A DNA stretch of 64,000 nt from an uncultured Collinsella sp. (GCA_958372075.1 CATXMO010000001.1:68797-132796); one strand, 5' to 3'. Positions 29,273-38,938 are shown, numbered from the stretch's first letter. A program made the numbers and translations. Notes: generated by a model from the letters alone, not told the origin.

Positions 29273-30700
29273 TTAGGCCTCCATCTCGGCGAGCTCCTCC
29301 TTGGAGAAGCCGGAGACAAAGACGACGGCAGCGGCGATGACAAAGGAGATTGCCATACCAACGATAGCCCAGACGGTGTTCATCTGGCCACCCTGCAGGT
29401 AGTTGGTGAAGACCAGGAAGTTGGAGGCACCGCCTGCGAGGTAGTAGGTAACCCCCATGAGGCCGGAGAACACAGCGCCGATGGCACCGCCGATGAACAT
29501 GCCAAACATGGTGCGACGGAAGCGCATGAGGATGCCGAAGAGCGCGGGCTCGGTGACGCCGCCGGCGATGGCGGAGATGACGTAACCGATGGCGAGAGAC
29601 TTCTCGTCGGGGTTCTTCATCTTGAGGAAGGCACCGAAGGCGCAGCCCCAGACAGCGGCCATAGCGCAGTTGGTGGAAACGAAGACGAAGGGATCGTAAC
29701 CGGCAGCGATGATCTGAACCTGGGCGAGCAGGATGACGGGCATGTGCATGCCGCAGACCACGAAGAGCTGCCAGAAGGCGCCGAGGACGGCCATGACGAT
29801 CAGGATGCCGATGCCGCCAAGGTCAGCAAGGCCGAAGAGGGCGTTGGCGATCAGTGTACCGATCTCGTTGCCGATCGGAGCGAGGACGATGAAGGCAATG
29901 GGGATCGTGACGATCATGGTGCAGAACGGCGTGAAGACCGTGGAGAGCACGTCGGGCATGACCTTCTTAAAGAACTTCTCGACGAAGTAGAGGACAGGCA
30001 CCGAAAGGATGATCGGCAGGACGGACTGCTGATAGTTGGCAGCAGCGATCTGGATGCCGTAGACGGAGATGATGCCGCCGCCCTCCTGGGTGGCGACGCT
30101 CACCACGGAAGGAGCCATGAGGGCGCCACCGAGCAGCATGCCGAGCACCGGGCTGGCGCCGAGCTTCTTAGCCGCGGCATAACCCAGGTAGATGGGGATA
30201 AAGGTGAACGTGGCCTCGTACAGCGTGGTGTAGAGGAACGTATAGGTCGGGTCGTCGGCCGAGAGCACACCGAGCATGGTGGGGCCGAGGACGGCCGCGA
30301 TGGTACGGAACAGACCGCCGGCCATGAGCAGCGGGATGAGCTGGGTCATGGAGCCCGACAGATAGTCGAGGATGATATTGGGCAGGTTCTTGAGCTCGAA
30401 CTTCTCCTTGGGAGCATCGAGGTTCTCGTTGACGGCCTCACCCTGCTTGACACCGGAGATGGCGACGAACTCGGCGAGCACCTTGGGCACGTTCTGGCCG
30501 ATGATGACCTGGAGCTGGCTGCCGGCAAACTGGCAACCCAGAACACCCTTGACCTTCTTGATCTTCTCCACGTCGGCCTTGCTGTTATCCTTGAGCGTCA
30601 GACGCAGGCGCGTCATGCAGTTGGTGGCAACGGAAACATTCTCCGCACCGCCCACGAGCTCGAGGACATCGGTGGCAATCTGCTTGTTATCTACTGCCAT
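29273..30700 (-). CDS. PTS EIIBC component, glucose/beta-glucoside family (no IIA domain)
   Basis: N-terminal EIIB with CMTRLR, followed by a ~10-TM EIIC. Start at MAVDNK after a GGGAGGGG RBS. Confidence 0.85.
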   Translation of the reverse strand: MAVDNKQIATDVLELVGGAENVSVATNCMTRLRLTLKDNSKADVEKIKKVKGVLGCQFAGSQLQVIIGQNVPKVLAEFVAISGVKQGEAVNENLDAPKEKFELKNLPNIILDYLSGSMTQLIPLLMAGGLFRTIAAVLGPTMLGVLSADDPTYTFLYTTLYEATFTFIPIYLGYAAAKKLGASPVLGMLLGGALMAPSVVSVATQEGGGIISVYGIQIAAANYQQSVLPIILSVPVLYFVEKFFKKVMPDVLSTVFTPFCTMIVTIPIAFIVLAPIGNEIGTLIANALFGLADLGGIGILIVMAVLGAFWQLFVVCGMHMPVILLAQVQIIAAGYDPFVFVSTNCAMAAVWGCAFGAFLKMKNPDEKSLAIGYVISAIAGGVTEPALFGILMRFRRTMFGMFIGGAIGAVFSGLMGVTYYLAGGASNFLVFTNYLQGGQMNTVWAIVGMAISFVIAAAVVFVSGFSKEELAEMEA

Positions 30701-30799
30701 GGGACCCCTCCCCATATCTTCGTGTGCCAGCCCCCTTGGGCTTAGGCACGCCTTTGGCCCGGCGACTATAACCCCTTACGGTTGCCGGACCCTTGGATA

Positions 30800-31140
30800 C
30801 GCTTTTGTAAACAAGGTGTTTACTGAACGTTTACGGGCTTTAGTTTACACGGAGCGCCGAATTTATGGCAATTTTGCCGTCTACAGTCCGGTGAACGGTA
30901 GGAAATCGGGGGTGAACGTATTTGAATGGCGGGAGATGGTCTCTTTGACCCTCTATTGATATATAGCCATTTACGTGGGATTTTATTTTGATGAACACCT
31001 CACTGATCTGTTAACTCATCAACAGAATCCCTGCTAGAAGCTAGTAAACATACGTTTAGTAGTTCACGACGTGTTCAATTTTGCCGTTTACCGAGTTCAT
31101 CTGGTTATTCTTCAATTCTAGATTACACTAAACATGTTTA
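30800..31140. promoter_or_regulatory. AT-rich divergent control region with LacI-type operator-like palindromes
   Basis: GTAAACA-AGG-TGTTTAC at 30807-30823. Half-sites ACGTTTAC and TAGTTTAC nearby. A perfect palindrome CTAAACATGTTTAG at 31127-31140, ~50 nt upstream of the hydrolase start. Confidence 0.5.
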
Positions 31141-31190
31141 GTTTGTATTGCCGCAGATGCCAGGCATTCGCGGCGCAAGGGAGGCAGCTC

Positions 31191-32528
31191 ATGGAACTCA
31201 AATTGTGTACCTACGCAACCGTCACCACCTTGGGCGACTTTGGCCCCTGGATCAGCAAGGTCGTACTCGACCTGCCCTGCACCGTGCGCGCCAACGACAT
31301 CGACGCGAACACCTTCCATATATATGTAGAGCGTCACGAGCGCTCGGGCGATGTTCTGATGCGCAAGGAACGCGGCGCCGACCATGCCGCGCCCTCCGTG
31401 GGTTACATCGACATTCTCGCCGCATATCCGTGCGACGAGAACGGACGTAAGCTCGCCGTGGGCACCCATGTGGCGCTCGAGGTCGCCGAGCAGCGCCTGA
31501 CCAAAAAGATCGAAGGCGGCGTCATGGGCTCGCGCATGCTCGATGACCAGTTGCACATCACGCAGCTCGCGGCTCTTCCCGGCAACGACGGCGACGATCC
31601 CACCTGCGGCCTGGTCTTCGACACCTGCCGTGGCGATATCTGCCCTGCGCTCAAAGGCTGGAGCAACGACACGCAAAAGACCGCCGTCGACGGTATCGCG
31701 CTCGAATACGGCTTCTTTGAGCCCAGCTTTAAGGCCGAGGACTCGGCATGCTTCAACCCCTTTGCGCCCGAGGCCACGGCCGTGCCCCAAAAGGCACCGC
31801 TCGTGGTGTATCTGCACGGCGCCGGCGAGGGCAAGGGCGCCACGCAGGGCGAAGGCGCCACGCGCGCCTATATCGGCAACCGCGTGACGGCCATCAGCCA
31901 GGCGCAGATCCAGCGCTACTTTGGCGGCTTTGCCTGGGTGCTCGTACCGCAGTCGCCCACGTTTTGGATGGACAACGGCGTCGAGCAGCTTGGTCACTCC
32001 AACCAGAGCATCTACTCCCCCGTGCTCAAGGCACTTATCGATGAGTTTGTCGCCGAGCATGCCGACCGCATCGACACCGACCGCATCGTGGTCGCCGGTC
32101 TTTCCAACGGCGGCTTTATGACCCTGCGCCTGTGCGCCGACTACCCCGATTTCTTCGCCGCGGGCCTTCCCTGCTGCGCCCCGTGGTACAACGCCACGGA
32201 CGAGGACGTGGCCGCGCTCGCCAAGACGCCGCTGTGGTTTACGCACTCCAAGGGCGACGAGCTCGTGTCACCGCAACAGACCGTGCTGCCGCTCACGGCG
32301 CGCCTGCGCGATGCCGGCGCCAACGTGCACCTCACCTACTTTAGCCATGTCGAGGACCTGACCGGCGTGTATCGCGAGGCCGACGGCTCGGCCAAGAAGA
32401 CGTTCAACCACGGCGTGTGGATCCACCAATTCAACGACCTGTGTTATCAAGACTTCGACGGGGGCAACGTACTCATCGACGGCGAGCCGGTGGGCTGCTG
32501 GGAGTGGTCGGCCAGGGTCGACCGCTAA
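31191..32528 (+). CDS. Alpha/beta-hydrolase-fold serine hydrolase (esterase or S9-peptidase-like)
   Basis: GLSNGG nucleophile elbow. Start at MELKLC after an AAGGGAGG RBS. Confidence 0.65.
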   Translation: MELKLCTYATVTTLGDFGPWISKVVLDLPCTVRANDIDANTFHIYVERHERSGDVLMRKERGADHAAPSVGYIDILAAYPCDENGRKLAVGTHVALEVAEQRLTKKIEGGVMGSRMLDDQLHITQLAALPGNDGDDPTCGLVFDTCRGDICPALKGWSNDTQKTAVDGIALEYGFFEPSFKAEDSACFNPFAPEATAVPQKAPLVVYLHGAGEGKGATQGEGATRAYIGNRVTAISQAQIQRYFGGFAWVLVPQSPTFWMDNGVEQLGHSNQSIYSPVLKALIDEFVAEHADRIDTDRIVVAGLSNGGFMTLRLCADYPDFFAAGLPCCAPWYNATDEDVAALAKTPLWFTHSKGDELVSPQQTVLPLTARLRDAGANVHLTYFSHVEDLTGVYREADGSAKKTFNHGVWIHQFNDLCYQDFDGGNVLIDGEPVGCWEWSARVDR

Positions 32529-32540
32529 GCCCTCCCATCG

Positions 32541-32661
32541 CGGGGACCGGGGTTTAGTCTTGCAAACGTCCTCGGGCATGCATGGGCTGGCGCTTTGCGC
32601 TTCGCGCTGCGCCTGCCCATGCCCCCTGCGGAATGTTTGCAAGACTAAACCCCAGTCCCCG
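32541..32661. repeat. Large imperfect hairpin (~27-bp outer stem with one mismatch and nested inner palindromes)
   Basis: CGGGGACCGGGGTTTAGTCTTGCAAAC pairs with GTTTGCAAGACTAAACCCCAGTCCCCG. The loop contains GCATGGGC/GCCCATGC and GGCGC/GCGCC pairs. Confidence 0.6.
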
Positions 32662-32790
32662 CTGCGTTGACGTTGCTGTGATCCTGGCCGGGCGCTTCCG
32701 GCAGCACGCCGGGTCGGTGGCGATGGGGGCGTGGGTCCCGTCTTGCCTTGCGCGTAACTGGCTGAATTGATTTTGATTGGAGCTGTTCCT

Positions 32791-34302
32791 ATGTCCCAGA
32801 ATTTGACTCGGGTGATTGTTACCACTGATATGGAAGTCGATGATATGAACTCGCTCATTCATTTGGCTCTGTATCTTAATGTGCTTGATGTTCAGGCTGT
32901 GGCGTATACGGCTTCGCAGTATCACTTTCTTGGGGATGGGGTTCATACGCTGGGCGAGGTGAATTCGCATTGGCGGACCAAAGGGCGTCGCTCTTACGAG
33001 TGGGCTGTTGTGCCTCATGAGCCTGATCCGCTGGCCGGGGTGCTTTGTGAGTATCGTCCGTTTCCCGAACATTGGATCGAAAGCCTCTGGAGTAATGAAT
33101 ATGCCCAGGCTTGGCCGCAGCTGCAGGCAAATGCGGCCGCTGCCGGTGAGCCGCCGTTTCCCACGCCTGCCCAGATGGTCGAGCGCACCTTTGTGGGAAA
33201 TGTTACCTTTGAGGGTGATGTGACTGAGGAAACTGAGGGGTCCCGCGTAATTGCGCAGGCGATTTTGGATGATGATCCGTGTACGTTATGGCTGCTCAGC
33301 TGGGGTGGCATGAACACCATCGTTCGCGCCCTCATGAGCATTGCCGAGCGCTATCGCGCCACGCCCGAATGGCCTGCTGTGCAGCAGCGGGTCTATCAGA
33401 AGGTGCGCGTGATGGGCGTCGCGGACGGCGTAGGGCAGGACAACTCATGGCTCGACCATGGGCGTGAGCTCTTTCCCGAGCTCGTCTTTTGGCGTGTGCC
33501 CTATATGTATGGCAACTATTTCGACGCCAAAACAGCTCAGCCCGATACGCTGCCGCTGTTTAAGGCTCCTTGGCCTGAGCGGAATCTCACGCAGGGCAAC
33601 GGACCCCTCATGGCACGCTATATGCTCTATGGCGATGGTAAGGTCTACGAAAACGAGCCCGAGCGCTTTCAGTTTGGCAAGCATGCCCGTCTGGATTGGG
33701 GCCTAGAAGGCAGGCCCGCGGTGCAGTTTGAGCGCGGCGACTTTATGGCCGAAGGCGACAGCATGACCTATATTCCGCTGCTTCCGTTTGGCCTGCGCGG
33801 TATCGACGACCGCGACTTCGATACGCTGCTGGGCCGCATGTTTTTTGATGGGCATCCCGATGCGAACGCGCCCGCCGGTTTTGCCTCCATCGGCACGCCC
33901 GCAGACGACAATCTCAATCCCTACCTGCGTGCCTATCAGGAAGACTTTGCCGCCCGCGCGCAATGGTGTGCCCATGATCCGGCAGCCTGCTCGCATCCGG
34001 CACATGTTGTCGAGGTCACGGCCGACCGCAGCGCCACAGCCGGCGAGCGCGTCGACCTTACAGCGACCATCGTCGACCCCGACGGCAAGGGCTTCGATGT
34101 GCATTGGGATGTCGCCGTGGACCCGTCGAGCTATGCAGGCGCCCAGGATCTGTCGCTGTGGCAAGAATGCACGGTAGACACCGCTTTCATCGTGCCCGCC
34201 GACGCGCGGCCCGGCGACCGCCTTGTGCTCACCCTTACCGTGCAGACGCGCGCCGAGCGCCCCTGCAGCCGCTACGCCCAGGTCGCCGTAACCGTGGCAT
34301 AG
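32791..34302 (+). CDS. DUF1593-like protein (nucleoside-hydrolase-like N-terminal domain)
   Basis: N-terminal VIVTTDMEVDDMNSLIHLALY resembles the DUF1593 / inosine-uridine nucleoside hydrolase-like aspartate cluster. Confidence 0.5.
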   Translation: MSQNLTRVIVTTDMEVDDMNSLIHLALYLNVLDVQAVAYTASQYHFLGDGVHTLGEVNSHWRTKGRRSYEWAVVPHEPDPLAGVLCEYRPFPEHWIESLWSNEYAQAWPQLQANAAAAGEPPFPTPAQMVERTFVGNVTFEGDVTEETEGSRVIAQAILDDDPCTLWLLSWGGMNTIVRALMSIAERYRATPEWPAVQQRVYQKVRVMGVADGVGQDNSWLDHGRELFPELVFWRVPYMYGNYFDAKTAQPDTLPLFKAPWPERNLTQGNGPLMARYMLYGDGKVYENEPERFQFGKHARLDWGLEGRPAVQFERGDFMAEGDSMTYIPLLPFGLRGIDDRDFDTLLGRMFFDGHPDANAPAGFASIGTPADDNLNPYLRAYQEDFAARAQWCAHDPAACSHPAHVVEVTADRSATAGERVDLTATIVDPDGKGFDVHWDVAVDPSSYAGAQDLSLWQECTVDTAFIVPADARPGDRLVLTLTVQTRAERPCSRYAQVAVTVA

Positions 34303-34344
34303 CAAGGGCGGCGCCCACATTCGGCAGCCGCCGCATTCGACAAA

Positions 34345-34531
34345 GAGTGTCCCCAAGTGCCAAACGAGCGGGGATTTTTGGACACCCAAACAACGAGAGT
34401 GGACAATCTCCCACTTTGAGCCCACAAGCAGGCCAAAAATGGGAGATTATCCACTCTCATTCTGCGGGTACTCATTGGGGACGTACTTAAATGAGTAGTT
34501 TCACTCATTTAAGTGCGTCCCCAATGAGTAG
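34345..34531. repeat. Composite repeat: GAGTGTCCCCAAGTGCC, B-element copy 2 (34363-34468) and an inverted pair of A-units
   Basis: The B stem is GAGAGTGGACAATCTCCC / GGGAGATTATCCACTCTC. A reverse-complement A-unit and a forward A-unit follow. Confidence 0.8.
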
Positions 34532-34650
34532 GAAAAATGGGCCATGTGTCCCAGTTGTGGAGACTCGTTGAGCCGTCTGGGTATCGTGAAAGATCGCGCG
34601 CTCGCCCATCATCAAAAGTGACACACGCTACCTGTTGATGGGAGGCAGCC

Positions 34651-35388
34651 ATGGGCTTCTTTGACAAGATGTTCGAGAAGAAAGAGTGCGCGATTTGCGG
34701 TACCGAGCTGGGGCTTTTGGGAAAGACCAAGATCAACGAAGGCTACCTGTGCAAAGAGTGCGTCGGCAAGCTCTCCCCCTTCTTTGGCGGCTATCATTCC
34801 AGCACCGCGGACGATATCCGCGAGCAGCTCGCCTACCGCGAGGCCAATGCCGAGCGCCTGGCGTCGTTCAACCCCACGCGCACACTCTCGGCCGGGCGCA
34901 CCAATATTATGCTCGATGAGGACGCGGGCCTGCTGATCATTACCTCGCAGAGCCGCTGGCGCGACGCCAATCCCGACATCATCGAGTTCTCACAGGTACT
35001 CGGCTGCGATATGGATATCGACGAGCATCGCACCGAGATCTATCGCGAGACCAAGGACGGCGAGCGCGAGAGCTACAACCCGCCGCGCTACGACCTGGAC
35101 TATGACTTTAACCTGACCATCCACGTCAACACGCCGTACTTTACCGAGATCAACCTGCGCGTGAACGACTCCACCATCGATCAGCGCGGTTCCATCGAAT
35201 ACCGCGAGGCCAAGCGCCAGGCAACCGAGGTCCGCGACGCGCTGGTGCAGCTGCGCCAGGAGACGCGCGACAGCGTCGTGGCCGCTAAGGCCCCCAAGAC
35301 CGCGGTGACCTGCCCCTTCTGCGGAGCCACCACCATTCCCGATGCCAGTGGGCGCTGCGAATACTGCGGCGGCGCCATCGGCGCATAG
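34651..35388 (+). CDS. DUF4428-like protein with N- and C-terminal zinc ribbons
   Basis: N-terminal CAICG...CKEC and C-terminal CPFCG...CEYCG. Confidence 0.55.
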   Translation: MGFFDKMFEKKECAICGTELGLLGKTKINEGYLCKECVGKLSPFFGGYHSSTADDIREQLAYREANAERLASFNPTRTLSAGRTNIMLDEDAGLLIITSQSRWRDANPDIIEFSQVLGCDMDIDEHRTEIYRETKDGERESYNPPRYDLDYDFNLTIHVNTPYFTEINLRVNDSTIDQRGSIEYREAKRQATEVRDALVQLRQETRDSVVAAKAPKTAVTCPFCGATTIPDASGRCEYCGGAIGA

Positions 35389-35412
35389 CCTCCGGCAGCG
35401 AAAGGACCGATC

Positions 35413-36735
35413 ATGGCCTTCGAGAGCGTCAACTATCAGTGCCCCGCGTGTGGCGGCCCCCTTCACTTTGCCAGTGCCGAGCAAAAGCTCGTCTGTGACT
35501 ACTGCGATTCGCGTTTTGAAGTCGAAGAAGTCGAGGCCCTCTATCGCGAGCGCCAGGACAAGGCCGACGCCAAAGCCGATGCGGCAGCCGCAACGCCCAA
35601 GCCCGTCGCCGACGACGCCGTGCAGGAGCTGGCCCAAAACGCCGGCTACATCTGCTCGTCGTGCGGCGCCGAGCTGGTCTCGGACGGCACCGTCGCCGTT
35701 ACCACCTGCCCATACTGCGGCAACTCCGCCGTAGCACCCGGCCAGCTCTCGGGCGACTTCTCACCCGACCTGGTGATTCCGTTTAAGCTCGGGCGCGATG
35801 ATGTCATGGCCGCGCTCAAAGACCACTACAAGGGCAAGATCCTGCTGCCCAAGAGCTTTGTCACCGGCAACCACATCGACGAGGTCCAAGGCGTCTACGT
35901 GCCGTTTTGGCTCTACGGCGCCCGCGTTGACGGCGAAGTGTACTTTGACGCGACCAACGAGACCGTGACCGAGGAATCCGACCGCACCGTCACGACCACC
36001 GACCACTACGACGCCTACCGTAAGGGCAATATCTCGTTTGAGCGCGTGCCCGTCGACGGATCGTCCAAGATGCCCGACGGCCACATGGATGCCATCGAGC
36101 CGTTTGACTACGACGCGCTGCGCCCGTTTTCGGTCGCTTATATGCCCGGCTACATCGCCAACCGCTATGACGAAGATTGCGAAACCTGCAAGGCGCGTGC
36201 CGAGCGCCGCATGGAGGAGAGCACGATCTCGGCCCTGCGCGAGACCGTCGTCGACGAATATGACGATGCCACGGTCGAAAGCAAGCAGCTCGACTACACC
36301 TGGGGAGAAAACGATTATGCCCTGTTCCCCGTGTGGATGCTTTCCACCTCGTGGAACGGCAAGAGTTATCTGTTTGCCATGAACGGCCAAACCGGTCGCA
36401 TGGTCGGCGAGCTTCCCTGCTCCAAGCCCAAGCTCGCCATCGCCTCGGTGCTGTTCTTTGTGATCGGGTTTGTCCTCTCCCAGATTCTCTTTATGGGAGA
36501 GAACGCCTTCGATCCGGACTACCTCACCTTTGATGTCGAGGGCATCCTCATCAACATCGTCGCGCCGCTGATCATCGTGGTCATCGCAGACGTGCTGCTG
36601 GTGGGCCAGCTCAAGACGGCCAACGAGGCCACCCACGCCGATTGCTACTGTGGCGAGCTCGATCTGACCGAGAAGCACGACACCTTCAGCCATACCGAGA
36701 CCTCGGTCGTCATGAAGGACAACAAGGACGATTAG
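35413..36735 (+). CDS. Zinc-ribbon membrane protein (two N-terminal C4 ribbons, two C-terminal TM helices)
   Basis: CPACG...CDYC and CSSCG...CPYCG near the N-terminus. Hydrophobic helices near the C-terminus. AAAGGA RBS. Confidence 0.55.
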   Translation: MAFESVNYQCPACGGPLHFASAEQKLVCDYCDSRFEVEEVEALYRERQDKADAKADAAAATPKPVADDAVQELAQNAGYICSSCGAELVSDGTVAVTTCPYCGNSAVAPGQLSGDFSPDLVIPFKLGRDDVMAALKDHYKGKILLPKSFVTGNHIDEVQGVYVPFWLYGARVDGEVYFDATNETVTEESDRTVTTTDHYDAYRKGNISFERVPVDGSSKMPDGHMDAIEPFDYDALRPFSVAYMPGYIANRYDEDCETCKARAERRMEESTISALRETVVDEYDDATVESKQLDYTWGENDYALFPVWMLSTSWNGKSYLFAMNGQTGRMVGELPCSKPKLAIASVLFFVIGFVLSQILFMGENAFDPDYLTFDVEGILINIVAPLIIVVIADVLLVGQLKTANEATHADCYCGELDLTEKHDTFSHTETSVVMKDNKDD

Positions 36736-36783
36736 CCATTCTGACCAATACCACCCGGCCTTTGACGAGAAAGGAAGATCACC

Positions 36784-38019
36784 ATGGGACTCTTGAAAGC
36801 TGGATTGGGTGCTGCCGGCGGCGTCATGGCCGACCAGTGGAAGGAATTTATCTATTGCGAATCGATGCCCGCTGATGTCTTGGCCTGCAAGGGCAGCAAA
36901 CGCACCGGTGGCCGCAGCTCCAACACGCGCGGCGAGGACAACGTCATCTCCAACGGCTCGGTCATCGCCGTCAACGACGGCCAGGGCATGCTCGTGGTGC
37001 AAAACGGCAAGATCATCGAAGTCGCGCTGGAGCCTGGTGAGTTCGTCTTCGATACCGGCAGCGAGCCGAGCGTCTTTAGCGGCAACCTGGGCGATTCCAT
37101 CAAGGAGACCTTCGCCAATATCGGCAGCCGCTTTACCTTTGGCGGCGACGCGGGCAAGGACCAGCGCGTCTACTTCATCAACACCAAGGAGATCATCGGC
37201 AACAAGTACGGCACCGCCTCGCCCGTGCCCTTCCGCGTGGTCGATAACAACATTGGTCTGGACGTCGACATCTCCGTGCGTTGCAACGGCGAGTATTCGT
37301 ACCGCATCACCAACCCGCTGCTGTTCTACACCAACGTATGCGGCAACGTGACCGATAGCTACACGCGCGACAAGATCGACAGCCAGCTTAAGTCCGAGCT
37401 TCTCACCGCCCTGCAGCCCGCCTTCGCCAAGATCTCGGAGATGGGCATCCGCTACAGCGCCATCCCCGGCCACACCACCGAGCTCGCTCGTGCGCTCAAC
37501 GAGGTCCTCTCTGCCGACTGGCGCGACCTGCGTGGTGTCGAGATCGTGAGCTTTGGCGTCAACTCCATCGCAGCCTCGCAAGAAGACGAGCAGATGATCA
37601 AGGACCTGCAGAAGGCCGCAGTCATGCGCGATCCCACCATGGCGGCAGCCAACATTGCCAGCGCCCAGAGCGACGCAATGCGCGCGGCAGCGGCCAACCC
37701 CAACGGCGCGATGGCAGGCTTTATGGGCATGGGCATGGCAGGTGGCATGGGCGGCATGAACGCTAGCCAGCTGTTCGCCGCCGGTCAGGCACAGCAGCAG
37801 GCTGCCCCGCAGCCGGCTCCGGCACCCGCCCCGGCTCCTGTCGCCGCACCTGCGGCCGGCACGTGGACCTGCAGCTGCGGCGCCACCAACACCGGCAAGT
37901 TCTGCTCCGAGTGTGGCAGTCCCGCACCCGCCCCGGCACCGGCCAAGTGGTTCTGCCCCAACTGCGGCAGCGAAAACGGCGGCAAGTTCTGCAGCAACTG
38001 CGGAACGCCCAGGCCCTAG
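36784..38019 (+). CDS. SPFH/Band-7-like protein of the COG4260 type with a C-terminal double zinc ribbon
   Basis: N-terminal SPFH-like region, a Gly/Met/Ala-rich linker and a PAPAPA spacer, then CSCGATNTGKFCSECG and CPNCGSENGGKFCSNCG. Confidence 0.65.
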   Translation: MGLLKAGLGAAGGVMADQWKEFIYCESMPADVLACKGSKRTGGRSSNTRGEDNVISNGSVIAVNDGQGMLVVQNGKIIEVALEPGEFVFDTGSEPSVFSGNLGDSIKETFANIGSRFTFGGDAGKDQRVYFINTKEIIGNKYGTASPVPFRVVDNNIGLDVDISVRCNGEYSYRITNPLLFYTNVCGNVTDSYTRDKIDSQLKSELLTALQPAFAKISEMGIRYSAIPGHTTELARALNEVLSADWRDLRGVEIVSFGVNSIAASQEDEQMIKDLQKAAVMRDPTMAAANIASAQSDAMRAAAANPNGAMAGFMGMGMAGGMGGMNASQLFAAGQAQQQAAPQPAPAPAPAPVAAPAAGTWTCSCGATNTGKFCSECGSPAPAPAPAKWFCPNCGSENGGKFCSNCGTPRP

Positions 38020-38029
38020 CCCCTCTATC

Positions 38030-38070
38030 TGGTAATTGGCGGGGGTTCCGCACCCCCGCATTTGTTTCTA
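38030..38070 (+). terminator. Intrinsic terminator after the SPFH gene
   Basis: GCGGGGG-TTCCGCA-CCCCCGC followed by ATTTGTTTCT. Confidence 0.55.
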
Positions 38071-38098
38071 TGGGTTTCGTTCGATAAAGGAGGACACC

Positions 38099-38938
38099 AT
38101 GAAGACAACGTTCAAAAAGTCCGTACTCGCATTTCTGGCATGCGTCCTGGCGCTCGCCTTTGCCCTGACGGGCTGCAGCGGCGGCAAAGACCCCAAGGCC
38201 AACTTTGTCGGCAGCTGGAAGCTCTCGGGTGGAACCACGGAGGGCGAAGAGCTGACCGATGAGTATATGGATATGTTCGAGGAATGGGGCATCAGCTGCA
38301 TCTTGGTCCTGGACGAAGACGGCACGGGCAGCCTCGATTTGTTCTCCGAAGTTTCCGACCTAAAGTGGGAGGCCAAGGACGCTACCACCGCGAGTATCAC
38401 CGTCGACAAGGAGACGACCGACGTGAAGCTCGAGGACGGCAAGCTTGTCCTTGAGGACGGCGAGGACAAGCTCATCTTTAGCAAGTCCGATAAGGATCTG
38501 TCCGGTACCGTGAAGAAGGATCGCGAGGCGGCCGAGAAGGAAGAAGAGATCGACGAGGCCGTCGAAGACGACGACGTCCAGAAGATTGAAATCTCCCCCG
38601 CCGTCACCGTTGCCGATGACGACCTGTGCACCATCACCGTCACCGAGAAGTTCAAGGACGAGTGGGGCGACATCGGTTTTGTCGTCAACATCACCAACAA
38701 GAGCGACAAGGACCTGACCTTCTACGCTCCTTCCGGCAAGACCAACGTCAACGGCACCATGAAGGAACCCTGGTTCTCGGCTCACCTGATGCCCGGCACC
38801 AACGCCACCGAGGAATTCACGTTCTCGAGCGGCGAGCTTGACAGCCTTGACGACCTGGTCAACACGACCATCGGCATCGACGCCTACCTGACCGATTCCT
38901 ACGAGGACGTCGCCTCCTACAGCGTAACCATCGCGTAG
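38099..38938 (+). CDS. Lipoprotein (LTGCSG lipobox), acidic, unknown function
   Basis: Start at MKTTFKK after an AAAGGAGGA RBS, followed by signal peptide and lipobox. Confidence 0.6.
   Translation: MKTTFKKSVLAFLACVLALAFALTGCSGGKDPKANFVGSWKLSGGTTEGEELTDEYMDMFEEWGISCILVLDEDGTGSLDLFSEVSDLKWEAKDATTASITVDKETTDVKLEDGKLVLEDGEDKLIFSKSDKDLSGTVKKDREAAEKEEEIDEAVEDDDVQKIEISPAVTVADDDLCTITVTEKFKDEWGDIGFVVNITNKSDKDLTFYAPSGKTNVNGTMKEPWFSAHLMPGTNATEEFTFSSGELDSLDDLVNTTIGIDAYLTDSYEDVASYSVTIA

Noticed and set aside
29252-30745. 497-aa plus-strand ORF opposite the PTS EIIBC gene
   Set aside because: Asp/Glu/Gly/His-rich low-complexity translation. The EIIB CMTRLR motif and the TM helices are on the minus strand.
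31128-32246. 372-aa minus-strand ORF overlapping the alpha/beta hydrolase gene
   Set aside because: Shadow ORF. The plus frame has the GLSNGG nucleophile elbow and a good RBS.
35761-38061. 766-aa minus-strand ORF spanning the zinc-ribbon and SPFH genes
   Set aside because: Antisense shadow ORF with an Ala/Gly/Arg-rich translation and no RBS. The plus-strand genes have RBSs, zinc-ribbon motifs and a terminator.
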